NCBI RefSeq assembly: GCF_046297875.1
Contig: NZ_JBKBHD010000001.1
Span: 1,729,273 to 1,753,272 of the forward strand
Length of the DNA: 24,000 bases
Reading direction: 5' to 3'
DNA from: Parvibaculum sp.
GTDB lineage: Bacteria; Pseudomonadota; Alphaproteobacteria; Parvibaculales; Parvibaculaceae
Notes under the pieces: generated by a model
The model's database searches: none
What the model was told of the DNA's origin: nothing
The model's input: the letters and a program-made list of their open reading frames with translations, nothing else
Part shown: piece by piece, positions 1 to 10,891 of the stretch
Layout of the letters: each line of letters starts with the position of its first letter
How positions within the stretch are numbered: the first letter of the stretch is position 1
Made by a program: the position numbers and the translations under genes

Positions 1-34
1 CTTTACCTGCGCGCCCGCCGGAGTCACACTCACT

Positions 35-142
35 GCAACCGAGGGGGGCCGGCGGCAGCCGGCTGAGATGAGCCTGACACCGGTCCACCACCCTTAGAAC
101 CTGATCCGGGTCATGCCGGCGAAGGGACGGGATATCAGTTGC
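35..142 (+). promoter_or_regulatory. TPP (thiamine pyrophosphate, THI-box) riboswitch aptamer
   Basis: The conserved THI-box core is readable: GGGGGGCC...CUGAGA (63-68)...ACCCUUAGAACCUGAUCCGGGUCAUGCCGGCGAAGGGA (90-127). A closing P1 helix pairs GCAAC (35-39) with GUUGC (138-142). Downstream, CCCGC-cauu-GCGGG (172-185) can pair into the GGGAGG Shine-Dalgarno (183-188) of the first ORF. The element lies upstream of an operon ending in thiC. Confidence 0.85.
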
Positions 143-193
143 TATTTGCGCCCGCTCTCCGCCGTCCATGCCCCGCCATTGCGGGAGGAATGG

Positions 194-571
194 ATGGTTT
201 TCTGGCGATATCTTGCTGTTTTCCTCGGCCTGCTGCTGATGGGCGGCGAGCTTTACCGCAGCTGGGGCATGGGCAGGCCGCTCGTTTTCGTGCTCGACGA
301 TTTTTGCATCGGCATTCCTCTCGTCGTTACCGGGTTGCTGATGGCGAAGGACACATTTGCGCGCCGCGCCGCCTTTGCGGGCGCCTGGGGCGCGACGGCC
401 GGCATGCTTTATCCGAGCTTTTTCGGCAAGCTGATCGAGCCGACACCGGAGGGTGTCGCCACAACCAACATCCCCTTCGATCTATTGACCGCGATCATCG
501 GCATCATCTTTGCGCTGTCGCTTGCCGGTCTCATCGCCAGCGTGGCGCTGAAGCAGCGCCACGCACCCTGA
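194..571 (+). CDS. small integral membrane protein (about 4 predicted TM helices), function unknown; first gene after the TPP riboswitch
   Basis: This is the frame of track ORF 113..571. I place the start at ATG 194 (MVFWRYLAVFLGLLLMGG...), 5 nt after GGGAGG, because codons 113-193 overlap the riboswitch aptamer. Four hydrophobic segments are visible. I recognise no family. Confidence 0.6.
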   Translation: MVFWRYLAVFLGLLLMGGELYRSWGMGRPLVFVLDDFCIGIPLVVTGLLMAKDTFARRAAFAGAWGATAGMLYPSFFGKLIEPTPEGVATTNIPFDLLTAIIGIIFALSLAGLIASVALKQRHAP

Positions 572-600
572 AGCACAGGCCAAGGCAAAGGAGCGAAGCC

Positions 601-2870
<2,270 letters not shown>

Positions 2871-2895
2871 AAGCCGCGTGGCCTTCCGGCGAAAC

Positions 2896-2965
2896 ATGCG
2901 CGGCGAGAAGCTGCCCGATGTTCTCGTGCCGGGTCTCGATGTCGTGTTCACGGGCACGGCGCCTT
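2896..2965 (+). pseudogene. N-terminal stub of a Mug/TDG-family G:U/T mismatch DNA glycosylase (truncated)
   Basis: MRGEKLPDVLVPGLDVVFTGTAPS resembles the E. coli Mug N-terminus as I remember it (DILAPGLRVVFCGINPG). Similarity stops after about 23 codons, and the frame then runs into IS-derived sequence. The match is short, so this is tentative. Confidence 0.4.
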
Positions 2966-2990
2966 CACGCGGTTCTCGCCGGCGATCGAC

Positions 2991-3380
2991 GTCCGCTTTA
3001 CCTACAAGGGGGTGGACGTCGTCGACACGCTTGAGCGTGTCGCCCGGGAGGTCGGCTACCCGAAGACGATGCGTCTGGACAATGACCCGGAGTTCATCTC
3101 TCGCGAACTCGATCTGTGGGCCTTCATGCGTGGCGTCACGCTCGACTTCTCGCGGCCAGGAAAACCGACGGATAATGCCTTCATTGAAAGCCTCAACGGC
3201 AAGTTCCGCGCGGAGTGCCTGAACGCCAACTGGTTCCTGAGCCTCGACGAAGCACGATCAAAATGCGAGGCTTGGCGTAGAGACTACAACGAGGTCCGAC
3301 CGCACAGCGCGATCGGAAACGAAGTACCGATCAGGCTTCATCTTCCGGCCGGCAACCCCGGCCAGCCTGCCGTCAGATGA
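2991..3380 (+). pseudogene. IS3-family (IS2/IS407-like) transposase OrfB, C-terminal integrase-core fragment only
   Basis: The sequence ...MRLDNDPEFISRELDLWAFMRGVTLDFSRPGKPTDNAFIESLNGKFRAECLN...YNEVRPHSAIG is the distal part of an rve/DDE domain. The second Asp and the Glu are present. The first catalytic Asp, the HTH region and OrfA are absent. The ORF-track start at 3012 is a GTG inside the homology. Confidence 0.85.
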
Positions 3381-3478
3381 AGCCGGAATTTACCAGCCCA
3401 GCCGGTCCAAGGTTGGGGGCAAGTTCAATCATTCAAAGGACTCTGCTTCCAACTGGATGAAGGTTGGGGCTCAGGTCA
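2991..3478 (+). mobile_element. 5'-truncated IS3-family insertion sequence remnant with intact right end
   Basis: The transposase fragment is followed by a terminus reading, in reverse complement, TGACCTGAGCCCCAACCTTC... It therefore ends ...GGTCA at 3478, the typical IS3-family TG...CA end. A subterminal imperfect direct repeat aaggttgggg-N2-NagNtcaa occurs at 3409-3428 and 3460-3479. No left end is present. Confidence 0.7.
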
Positions 3479-3620
3479 AAGGGATTTGAGAATCCTTGGG
3501 GAGAAGTTGCTAAACGGAAGTCCAACAAGGCAACGCCAGAGAGAACCGAGCGAGCAAAAGTGTTGTACGAGTCTCTCTTGCGTGTAAATGTTCCTTCACC
3601 ATTGCCAGCCGTCTAGCTGC

Positions 3621-5342
3621 TTACTTCCCCTGCACCCCGCGAATGAGCCGCCCCGGCAATTCCCCCGTCGGCTCGTCATTCTCCGCCACGACGACCCCCG
3701 AAAGCACCGTCGCGCGGTAGCCCTTCGCGCCCTGCCAGAGGCGCCGGCCGCCCGCCGGCAGGTCGAAGCGCATTTCAGGATGCGTGAAGGAGAGGTTTTC
3801 GAAGTCGATCACGTTCACATCGGCCTTCATGCCGGGCGCAAGCACGCCCCGGTCGTAAAGCCCATATTGCTCCGCCGTGTCCTTCGTCTGGATGCGGATG
3901 ATGTCCTCGATGGGCAGCCTCGCTCCTCTTGTCCGGTCGCGCGCCCAATGCGTCAGCATGAAGGTCGGCGTGCCGCCGTCGCAGATCGCGCCGACATGGG
4001 CGCCGCCATCGGCCAGGCTGAGGCCGGTCTGCGGGTGGCGCAGCGTTTCCTCGATCGCCGTGTAGTCATTGGTCGAATAGCCGAACAGCGGAAAATAAAG
4101 CATCGCCTGCCCGTCATTCACCATCATCGCGTCATAGGCGAGTTCGGTGGGCGTCTTGCCCTCGCGTTGCGCCACGGCGGCCACGCTGTCATCCGGCGAA
4201 GGCTCGTAATTCTCGCGCTCGCCCATCGGATACATCTTGTGGAAGGACGTCGTGATGAAAGTGCCGAAAGCGCCGAGCTTGTCGACATTCTTCCCGCCGG
4301 TGATTTCCGCCCGCACCTTCGGGTCCTTCAGCTTCTCGATCCGCTCGGCGAAAGGCATCTGCGCGTAAGGGCGGTATTCCGGGAAGCCGATAAAGGGATG
4401 AACGGATGTCTGCCAGCCCATCAGCAGGCCGACCGGCCGTCCCGAATGCTGGCCGCGAATATTGGTCACGCCTTCGGCGCGCGCCCTGTCCAGATGCGCC
4501 AGCATCTTCTTGTAAAGATCCGGCGCTTCGTCGATCTGCTGCACCTGGAAGGTGACCATGCGGCCGGTCTCCTTCGCCATTTTCAGCATCCAGTCGAATT
4601 CCTGTTCCATCTCGCGATGCGTCGCCGCGATCTGGAAGACGCCGGACCCATGTTCCTTCAGCGCATCGGCAATGCCGAAAAGCTCGTCATTCGCCGCCAG
4701 CGTGCCGGGCACCGGGTCGCCCTTCAGCGTGTTGTGGAGGTCGGTCCGCGAGGTCGAGAAGCCGAGCGCGCCTGCCTGCATCGCCTCATAGGTCAGGTCG
4801 CGCATCTTCGCGATGTCCTCGGGCGTCGCTGGCTCATTGCCGACGCCGCGGCTCCCCATGACATAGACGCGCAGTGCGCAATGCGGCATCTGCGTACCGA
4901 TATCGGTGGCGAAGCGGCGCTTGTCCAGCGCATCGAGAAACTCGGGGAAGCTCTCCCATTCCCATTTGATGCCTTCATGCATCGCCGCGCCCGGAATGTC
5001 CTCCACCGCTTCCATGAGGTCGATGAGTTCGCCCCGCGCTTCGGGCTTCACCGGCGCAAAGCCGACGCCGCAATTGCCCATCACGACGGTCGTCACGCCA
5101 TGCTGCGAGGAGGGCGTGAGCCAGGGGTCCCAGGTCGCCTGCGCGTCGTAATGCGTGTGAATGTCGACAAAACCCGGCGTGACGAGAAGGCCCTTCGCGT
5201 CGATCTCGCGCCGGCCCTTGCCGTCCACGCGGCCGACGGCGCTGATCCTGCCACCGTCGATCGCTACATCGCCGGCAAAGGGCTTTGTCCCCGTTCCATC
5301 GACGATCGTGCCGCCGCGGATTACGAGATCATGCTCAGCCAT
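3621..5342 (-). CDS. N-acyl-D-amino-acid deacylase (D-aminoacylase) family amidohydrolase
   Basis: MAEHDLVIRGGTIVDGTG...GFVDIHTHYD (metal-binding HxH) together with overall D-aminoacylase-type architecture of about 573 aa. The start is set at ATG 5342, which has GGGAGA upstream, rather than at the track start 5411. Confidence 0.85.
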   Translation of the reverse strand: MAEHDLVIRGGTIVDGTGTKPFAGDVAIDGGRISAVGRVDGKGRREIDAKGLLVTPGFVDIHTHYDAQATWDPWLTPSSQHGVTTVVMGNCGVGFAPVKPEARGELIDLMEAVEDIPGAAMHEGIKWEWESFPEFLDALDKRRFATDIGTQMPHCALRVYVMGSRGVGNEPATPEDIAKMRDLTYEAMQAGALGFSTSRTDLHNTLKGDPVPGTLAANDELFGIADALKEHGSGVFQIAATHREMEQEFDWMLKMAKETGRMVTFQVQQIDEAPDLYKKMLAHLDRARAEGVTNIRGQHSGRPVGLLMGWQTSVHPFIGFPEYRPYAQMPFAERIEKLKDPKVRAEITGGKNVDKLGAFGTFITTSFHKMYPMGERENYEPSPDDSVAAVAQREGKTPTELAYDAMMVNDGQAMLYFPLFGYSTNDYTAIEETLRHPQTGLSLADGGAHVGAICDGGTPTFMLTHWARDRTRGARLPIEDIIRIQTKDTAEQYGLYDRGVLAPGMKADVNVIDFENLSFTHPEMRFDLPAGGRRLWQGAKGYRATVLSGVVVAENDEPTGELPGRLIRGVQGK

Positions 5343-5497
5343 GACGATTTCTCCCTGAATTTCCTGTCTTTTGCGGCAGTTTGCCCGGAGCCTGTCCCAA
5401 GGGCAAGGCAAGCCGCGGTTCCCTTGCTGACAGGCCTTTCCGGGGGGATTAAGCTGACCTACATCATGGTCAAATCCATGCCCCAGGGAGGCCGCTC

Positions 5498-6154
5498 ATG
5501 TTCAATCTGCGCAAAAAGACCGAAATGCCCGCGCCGCAAGAGGCTCTGCCCGGACGCGATTTCGAGATCCCGACCGCGAGCCGCCATTTCGTGAACAGCG
5601 CCGACCTCAAGGGGCCTTACCCGGAAGGGACGGAGCTTGCCTATTTCGGGCTCGGCTGCTTCTGGGGCGCGGAGCGCAAATTCTGGCAGGTGCCGGGCGT
5701 CCATGTCACGGCGGTCGGCTATGCAGCAGGCTTCACGCCGAACCCGACCTATGAGGAAGTCTGCTCGGGCCGCACCGGGCACAATGAAGTCGTGCTCGTC
5801 GTCTACGACCCGAAGAAAGTATCCTACGAGACGCTGCTCAAGACCTTCTGGGAAAATCACAACCCGACACAGGGCATGCGTCAGGGGAATGATATCGGCA
5901 CGCAATACCGCTCCGGCATCTATGTGACGAGCGAGAGCCAGCGCATGGCCGCCGAGGCGTCGCGCGCGGCTTACGCGGCCGAGCTTTCAAAGCGCGGCTT
6001 CCCTCACATCACCACCGAAATCCTCGACGCACCGGAATTCTATTTCGCCGAGGACTACCACCAGCAATATCTGGCGAAGAACCCCAACGGCTATTGCGGC
6101 CTCGGGGGTTTGGGCATTTCCTGTCCGATCGGAACGGGTGTCGCCGCTCAGTAA
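5498..6154 (+). CDS. msrA: peptide-methionine (S)-S-oxide reductase MsrA
   Basis: The GCFWG(A)E catalytic motif is present, along with ALPGR, HNEVV and [10 protein letters not shown]. The product is collinear with E. coli MsrA. Confidence 0.97.
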   Translation: MFNLRKKTEMPAPQEALPGRDFEIPTASRHFVNSADLKGPYPEGTELAYFGLGCFWGAERKFWQVPGVHVTAVGYAAGFTPNPTYEEVCSGRTGHNEVVLVVYDPKKVSYETLLKTFWENHNPTQGMRQGNDIGTQYRSGIYVTSESQRMAAEASRAAYAAELSKRGFPHITTEILDAPEFYFAEDYHQQYLAKNPNGYCGLGGLGISCPIGTGVAAQ

Positions 6155-8391
6155 AGCGCGCCGAAGATGCTCGCGTGATCGTCGGTCCAGAGCGGTGTCC
6201 TGTCCGTGCGGCGCGCGGGATTCCAATTTCCGCTCGCGGCGAGAGCGGTGAGCGCCGCTTCGTCTCGTGACAGCGCCACCCAGTGGGACGCAAGCGCCAG
6301 CACTTCGCCTTCGCGCCGCGGGCCGGGATCGAAATTCTGTTCAAGCGACTTGAAGCCGGCCTTTTCCGCTGCGCGCGCAACGACAGGCGCGAGGTCGAGA
6401 TGGCGGTTCGAGACGTTGACGAGCAGAAGCCCGTCGTCTGCCAGCGCGCGGCCATATGTCTCGAAGGCTTCGCGGGTGATGAGGTGGATTGGCACGGCGT
6501 TCGACGAGAATGCGTCCATCACGATGAAATCGAATGCACCTTCCGGCTCACGCGAAAGCATAAGCCGCCCGTCGCCCGTCACAATGCGCGCTTGCGGCGT
6601 GCAGCTTGCGAGGGAGTGGAAGAAGCGCCGGTCCTGCGCCACGCGCACGACAAGCGGATCGATCTCGAAATAGGTCCAGCTTTGTCCTTCGCGCGCGTGG
6701 CAGCCCATATTCCCGATGCCGAGGCCGAGTACGCCGATCCGTTCGAAGCGGTGTCCCAGGGCCGCCATCGCCTGACCGAGCGGTCCGCGCGCATGATAAT
6801 AGGTGGCGGGCTCGGGCCGCTCGCGGAAGCGGTCCTGCCGCTCGAAGCCGTGTGCCGTCGTACCCATCAGAAAATGAAAACCTTGATTGGCCCGGTCCGT
6901 TTCCACCGCGTAATGGCCGAAGAAGCTCCGCCCGTTCCAGACGGCTGTGCCATTGCCCGCATCGCCGCTGGCGGGGCCCATGAACCAGCCGCCGAGGAAA
7001 AGCGCAGCAAGCAGCAGCGGGAAGCGCGCGGCAAGTGCGAAGGCGAAGGCGGCGGCGGCGAGAATGGCGACGAATAGAAATGCGACACCGACCGGACCGA
7101 GGCCGGCGGGCGACGGCAAGACGAATACGACAGCGATCGCGAGCAGCGCGGCGCCAAACGCCAAGCTGAGCTTCCGGCGGCCCGCTTTGCTTGTCATCGC
7201 TTTTGTCGCCCGTCCCGGCAGGGCGAAGCAGGCAAGCGCGATCAGCAGCGGATATTCGAGCGGTGTCGACAGCAGCATGGGCGGCAGAAAGGCTGTCGCC
7301 GCGGTGCCGGTGACGCCGCCTGCCGCGAGAATGAGGAAGAACTCCGTCGCGCGCGCCGGCGCCGGGCGCTTCGCATAAAGTGTTGCATGGCAGGCGAGCG
7401 CCATCGCGGCGAAGCCCGCAAGATGCGCTGCCATCGGCCAGGCGAAACCGGCTTGTGAAAACCAGATCGAGACGACGAAGAAGGCAAGCGCCGGACCGGC
7501 CGCGAGCCCGGCCTGTTCCGCGCGGGAGGGAAGCCCCGCAAATGCTGCGATATAGGTCGCGAGGTAGAGCCCGAGCGGCAACACCCAGAGCAGCGGGAAA
7601 GCGGCGACATCGGTTGTGATATGCGCAGTCACGGCGGCAAGCAATGCAGTGGGCAGCGCGGCGCAAAGGAACCAGCCCGCGCGCTCGCGCCACTTGCCCG
7701 CGCTCGCGGCAAATTCCGGTTTTTCAAGGGCGGTTGCGCGCGGACGCATGAGCGCCGTCAGTCCGGCGGCAAGCGTGCCGGCCATCACGAGCCCATAAAG
7801 CGCGCTCCAGACGAGCGCCTGCGTGGCGAGCGAGGCAAGGGGTTCGATCAGGAAGGGATAGGCGGCCAGCGCGCCGAGCGAGCCTGCGTTGCTTGCTGCG
7901 TATAGCCGGTAAGGATTTTCCGCCTGCGGATGATCCTGCGTCGCGAACCAGTGCTGCAGCAGCGGCGCCGTTGCCGAAAGCGCGGCAAAGGGCAGGCCGA
8001 GATGGACGAGAAGGGCTGCAAGGATCGCGAGCGCGGGCGAGCCGTCCGGCGCAATCGAAAAATCGGGCGAAAGGCCCGGAGGCAGGAAAAAGAATGCGGC
8101 GAGCGCCAGCATGAGAAGATGAAAGGAAATCTGGCCCGTGAGCGGCAGCCGCGTCCGCAGCAGGTGGGCATAGGCATAGCCTGCGAGCAGCGCCGCCTGA
8201 AAGAAGACGATCGCCGTCAGCCAGACGCCTGCAGCGCCACCCGCATGGGGCAGCAGCGCGCGGCCGAAGAAGGGCTGGATCCAGAAGACGAGCAGCGCCG
8301 ATCCTGCAAGCACGCCCGCATATAGCGCGATCGCAGGCCGGTCTCCAGGGCGGAATCGTGCTCCCGCCGCAAGTGCTGCAAGCCTTTGCAT
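6148..8391 (-). CDS. fused polytopic membrane domain / spermidine-synthase-like (class I SAM-MTase fold) protein
   Basis: The 747-aa product has more than 10 hydrophobic segments in its N-terminal two thirds. The C-terminal domain carries [10 protein letters not shown]...[24 protein letters not shown], which is aminopropyltransferase-like. The 3' end overlaps the msrA stop by 7 bp in convergent orientation. Confidence 0.8.
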   Translation of the reverse strand: MQRLAALAAGARFRPGDRPAIALYAGVLAGSALLVFWIQPFFGRALLPHAGGAAGVWLTAIVFFQAALLAGYAYAHLLRTRLPLTGQISFHLLMLALAAFFFLPPGLSPDFSIAPDGSPALAILAALLVHLGLPFAALSATAPLLQHWFATQDHPQAENPYRLYAASNAGSLGALAAYPFLIEPLASLATQALVWSALYGLVMAGTLAAGLTALMRPRATALEKPEFAASAGKWRERAGWFLCAALPTALLAAVTAHITTDVAAFPLLWVLPLGLYLATYIAAFAGLPSRAEQAGLAAGPALAFFVVSIWFSQAGFAWPMAAHLAGFAAMALACHATLYAKRPAPARATEFFLILAAGGVTGTAATAFLPPMLLSTPLEYPLLIALACFALPGRATKAMTSKAGRRKLSLAFGAALLAIAVVFVLPSPAGLGPVGVAFLFVAILAAAAFAFALAARFPLLLAALFLGGWFMGPASGDAGNGTAVWNGRSFFGHYAVETDRANQGFHFLMGTTAHGFERQDRFRERPEPATYYHARGPLGQAMAALGHRFERIGVLGLGIGNMGCHAREGQSWTYFEIDPLVVRVAQDRRFFHSLASCTPQARIVTGDGRLMLSREPEGAFDFIVMDAFSSNAVPIHLITREAFETYGRALADDGLLLVNVSNRHLDLAPVVARAAEKAGFKSLEQNFDPGPRREGEVLALASHWVALSRDEAALTALAASGNWNPARRTDRTPLWTDDHASIFGALY

Positions 8392-8465
8392 GGCCGGTCC
8401 TCCGGCCTGATGGTCGGCGGATCATGGTTAAGTCCGGGTTAATTCATGCGGACGGTGTCCCGCGA

Positions 8466-9593
8466 TCAGTCCGGTAGCGGGCTGCCATTCGCGTTCTGGC
8501 CGGGCAGCGCCCTCCCGTCGATGAAGATCGAGAATTTGCGCAAGGGCTCGATCTGCGCGAAGCAAGTATTCATCATCACGAGAATGGGAACCGCAAGTAC
8601 CGCCCCGATGACGCCCCACATCCAGCCCCAGAAGATGATGGAGAGGAAGACAACGGCTGCGTTCAGCGTGTGGCGGCGCCCGAGGATCGAGGGCGTGACG
8701 AATTGCGACTCGATCAAGTTCCAGCCGAAATAGATAGCCGGTGCGAGGAGTGCCCTGCCGGGATCGTCGAAGGCGATGAAGCCGACAAGGCCGGTCAATG
8801 CCATGCCGGCGGCCGCGCCCGCATAGGGCACGAAATTGAGCAGCGCCCCTGCAACCCCCCAGAGCGCGGCATTGGGCAGTCCGATCGCCCAGAGCGAGAG
8901 CCCTATCGCCAGGCCCAGCCCTGCATTGATGAGCGAGATGGAAAGAAGATAGGTCGAGATCTCTCGCTCCATGCTGCGCAATATGCGCCGCGCCTTCTCC
9001 TTGTCGGTCAGGCTCCTTGCCGAGCGGATCACACGGTCGCGCAGCAATTCGCCCGTCGCCAGCAGGAAATAAATCAGCACGATGAAAATGAGGAAGGACG
9101 CACCCTTCTGTCCTGCCGCCTCCATCGCCCGGTCGATCAGGCTTTGCTCGCGCATGACAATGGACTGCCTCTGGTTGCGGTCGCGCGTGAGCTCTTCCAT
9201 CTGCTCGCCTGCGCGGCGCATCGCTTCGACCGGCTCGACGATGTCGCCCGATTTCTGCTTGAGTTCCGCAACCGTGGCGGGGATGCGGCCCGCCCACTCT
9301 GCCGCGGGCTCGGCAAGAGCCCAAACCGCGGCGGCGAGCGCGCCGACAATTGCCAGCACGATCAGCGCGGCAGAGAGAGCATCCGGCAGAACGCGAAAGG
9401 GAACCGTGCGCATCAGCGGCATCAGGATGAAGCTCGCAACGAGCGCCGCCGTGATCGGCGCAACGAGATTTTGCGCCAGATAGGCCGTGTAGAGGATGGC
9501 GAGCACGGACAGCACGGCGAGCGAGGTTTCCGCGCGCATAGCCGCGGCGCGGATGCCACCCCTTACCCGCCCGGTAGCCGGATCGTTCGTCAT
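8466..9593 (-). CDS. AI-2E family transporter (PerM/UPF0118)
   Basis: This is a multi-TM protein with the family-typical LLNFVPYAG segment and an overall PerM-like layout. I prefer ATG 9593 (MTNDP...). The track start at 9647 is a TTG. Confidence 0.85.
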   Translation of the reverse strand: MTNDPATGRVRGGIRAAAMRAETSLAVLSVLAILYTAYLAQNLVAPITAALVASFILMPLMRTVPFRVLPDALSAALIVLAIVGALAAAVWALAEPAAEWAGRIPATVAELKQKSGDIVEPVEAMRRAGEQMEELTRDRNQRQSIVMREQSLIDRAMEAAGQKGASFLIFIVLIYFLLATGELLRDRVIRSARSLTDKEKARRILRSMEREISTYLLSISLINAGLGLAIGLSLWAIGLPNAALWGVAGALLNFVPYAGAAAGMALTGLVGFIAFDDPGRALLAPAIYFGWNLIESQFVTPSILGRRHTLNAAVVFLSIIFWGWMWGVIGAVLAVPILVMMNTCFAQIEPLRKFSIFIDGRALPGQNANGSPLPD

Positions 9594-9681
9594 GCCGCAT
9601 CTCCGTGCCAGAGAAGCGGCCGCGAAAAGAGGGCCGCGCAAGCTCAACGGCTCACACGGGCAAAGGTTCCCGGCGGTATCC

Positions 9682-10599
9682 TCAGAAATCCGCCAGCGCG
9701 TCCCGCCTTGCGTCTGCCTGGTCGCGCATGGCGTTTTTCATCGCCTTTTGCAGCTTCTCGAAGGCGCGCACCTCGATCTGGCGCACGCGCTCGCGGGAAA
9801 TGCCATATTCCTGGCTGAGATCTTCCAGCGTCGCAGGCTCGTCCTTCAGGCGGCGCTCTGTCAGGATGTGCATTTCGCGCTCGTTCAGCGTTTCCATGGC
9901 GCGGGCGAGCATTTCGCGGCGGAGGCCCAGCTCCTGTTCCTCACCAAGCGTCGCTTCCTGATCGGCCGTGTCGTCGACCAGCCAGTCCTGCCACTCGCCG
10001 CTTTCCGAATCCTGCCGGAGCGGCGCATTCAGCGAATTGTCGGGGCCCGCCATGCGGCGGTTCATGGAGATGACTTCGTCCTCCGTCACGCCGAGGCGCT
10101 CGGAAATCGTCTTCACCTGATCGGGGTGAAGGTCGCCATCCTCGATCGCCTGGATCTGGCCCTTCACCTTGCGCAGGTTGAAGAAGAGCTTCTTCTGCGC
10201 CGCGGTCGTGCCCATCTTCACGAGCGACCAGCTCCTCAGGATATATTCCTGGATCGAGGCGCGGATCCACCACATGGCATAGGTCGCCAGCCGGAAGCCC
10301 TTTTCCGGCTCGAAGCGCTTCACCGCCTGCATCAGGCCGACATTGCCTTCCGAGATCACCTCGCCGATGGGCAGGCCATAGCCGCGATAGCCCATGGCGA
10401 TCTTCGCCACGAGGCGCAGATGGCTCGTCACCAGCTTGTGCGCCGCATCGGTGTCCTCATGCTCCTTCCAGCGCTTGGCGAGCATGTATTCCTCCTGCGG
10501 CTCCAGCATTGGGAATTTGCGGATTTCCTGCAGGTAGCGCGACAGCGACCCTTCCGGGTTCGGCGCGGGCGCAAGCATTTTCGACTTCGTTTCGGCCAT
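9682..10599 (-). CDS. rpoH: RNA polymerase sigma-32 heat-shock factor RpoH
   Basis: Sigma-70 regions 2-4 are present, plus an RpoH box (QKKLFFNLRK). The product also shows LRLVAKIAMGYRGYGL and IEVRAFEKL. ATG 10599 (MAETKSK) is preferred over the track TTG at 10611. Confidence 0.95.
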   Translation of the reverse strand: MAETKSKMLAPAPNPEGSLSRYLQEIRKFPMLEPQEEYMLAKRWKEHEDTDAAHKLVTSHLRLVAKIAMGYRGYGLPIGEVISEGNVGLMQAVKRFEPEKGFRLATYAMWWIRASIQEYILRSWSLVKMGTTAAQKKLFFNLRKVKGQIQAIEDGDLHPDQVKTISERLGVTEDEVISMNRRMAGPDNSLNAPLRQDSESGEWQDWLVDDTADQEATLGEEQELGLRREMLARAMETLNEREMHILTERRLKDEPATLEDLSQEYGISRERVRQIEVRAFEKLQKAMKNAMRDQADARRDALADF

Positions 10600-10604
10600 T
10601 GGGG

Positions 10605-10646
10605 CCCCCAATCCGGCCCGCGGGGCTCCCCTTTGGGATTTGGGGG
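10605..10646 (-). promoter_or_regulatory. predicted stem in the rpoH 5' leader that sequesters the G-rich ribosome-binding region
   Basis: On the minus-strand mRNA, CCCCCAAAUCC (complement of 10636-10646) can pair with GGAUUGGGGG (complement of 10605-10614). That gives 10 bp with a 1-nt bulge. The stem ends 5 nt before the AUG at 10599. A further C-rich run (CCUCCCCCUCCCCC) lies just upstream. Confidence 0.3.
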
Positions 10647-10891
10647 AGGGGGAGGCGCGAGCCCTGTCATTCTTCCGTTCCGGGCCTTATGCCAAGGCCC
10701 GCCGCCGGATAATACCCGACGGATAAGGTCGGGCTATAAGATAACGGAAGAGGGGCGGAAAAATGGCATCCGTCCCCTCTCAAGGCGCATCCTGCCACGG
10801 GGATCGGCCTCAAGGCCCCCCGGCCGGCAGAGGGCTTATATGGGGAGGGGATCAGGGAGTTAAAGGGGTTGGCGGCCGCTAGGTACAACAA

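Noticed and set aside
113-193. N-terminal 27 codons of track ORF 113..571
   Set aside because: This segment overlaps the conserved 3' half of the TPP riboswitch aptamer. A strong SD plus ATG at 194 gives a sensible membrane-protein N-terminus.
3588-5594. 668-aa plus-strand ORF overlapping the D-aminoacylase gene
   Set aside because: It is an antisense shadow of a well-supported amidohydrolase gene. It is Arg/His-rich with no recognisable motifs.
6206-8425. Multiple 60-381-aa ORFs on both strands within 6206-8425 (for example 6548..7693, 6283..7077, 7724..8425)
   Set aside because: All are alternative frames or the antisense strand of the 747-aa membrane/spermidine-synthase-like gene. Their composition (Arg/Pro/Ala runs) indicates non-coding frames.
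8428-9818. ORFs 8428..9600 (-) and 8670..9818 (+), 390 and 382 aa
   Set aside because: They are an off-frame and an antisense shadow of the AI-2E transporter gene. That gene has coherent TM segments and the family motif; these ORFs do not.
10835-10841. CTTATAT read on the plus strand as a promoter -10 element for the DUF262 gene
   Set aside because: No acceptable -35 lies at 16-18 nt, because the upstream sequence is GC-rich. The same bases read better as a sigma-32-type -10 on the opposite (rpoH) strand, and even that is only tentative.
9496-10863. 455-aa plus-strand ORF covering rpoH
   Set aside because: It is antisense to a clear sigma-32 gene, and the translated sequence has no domain features.
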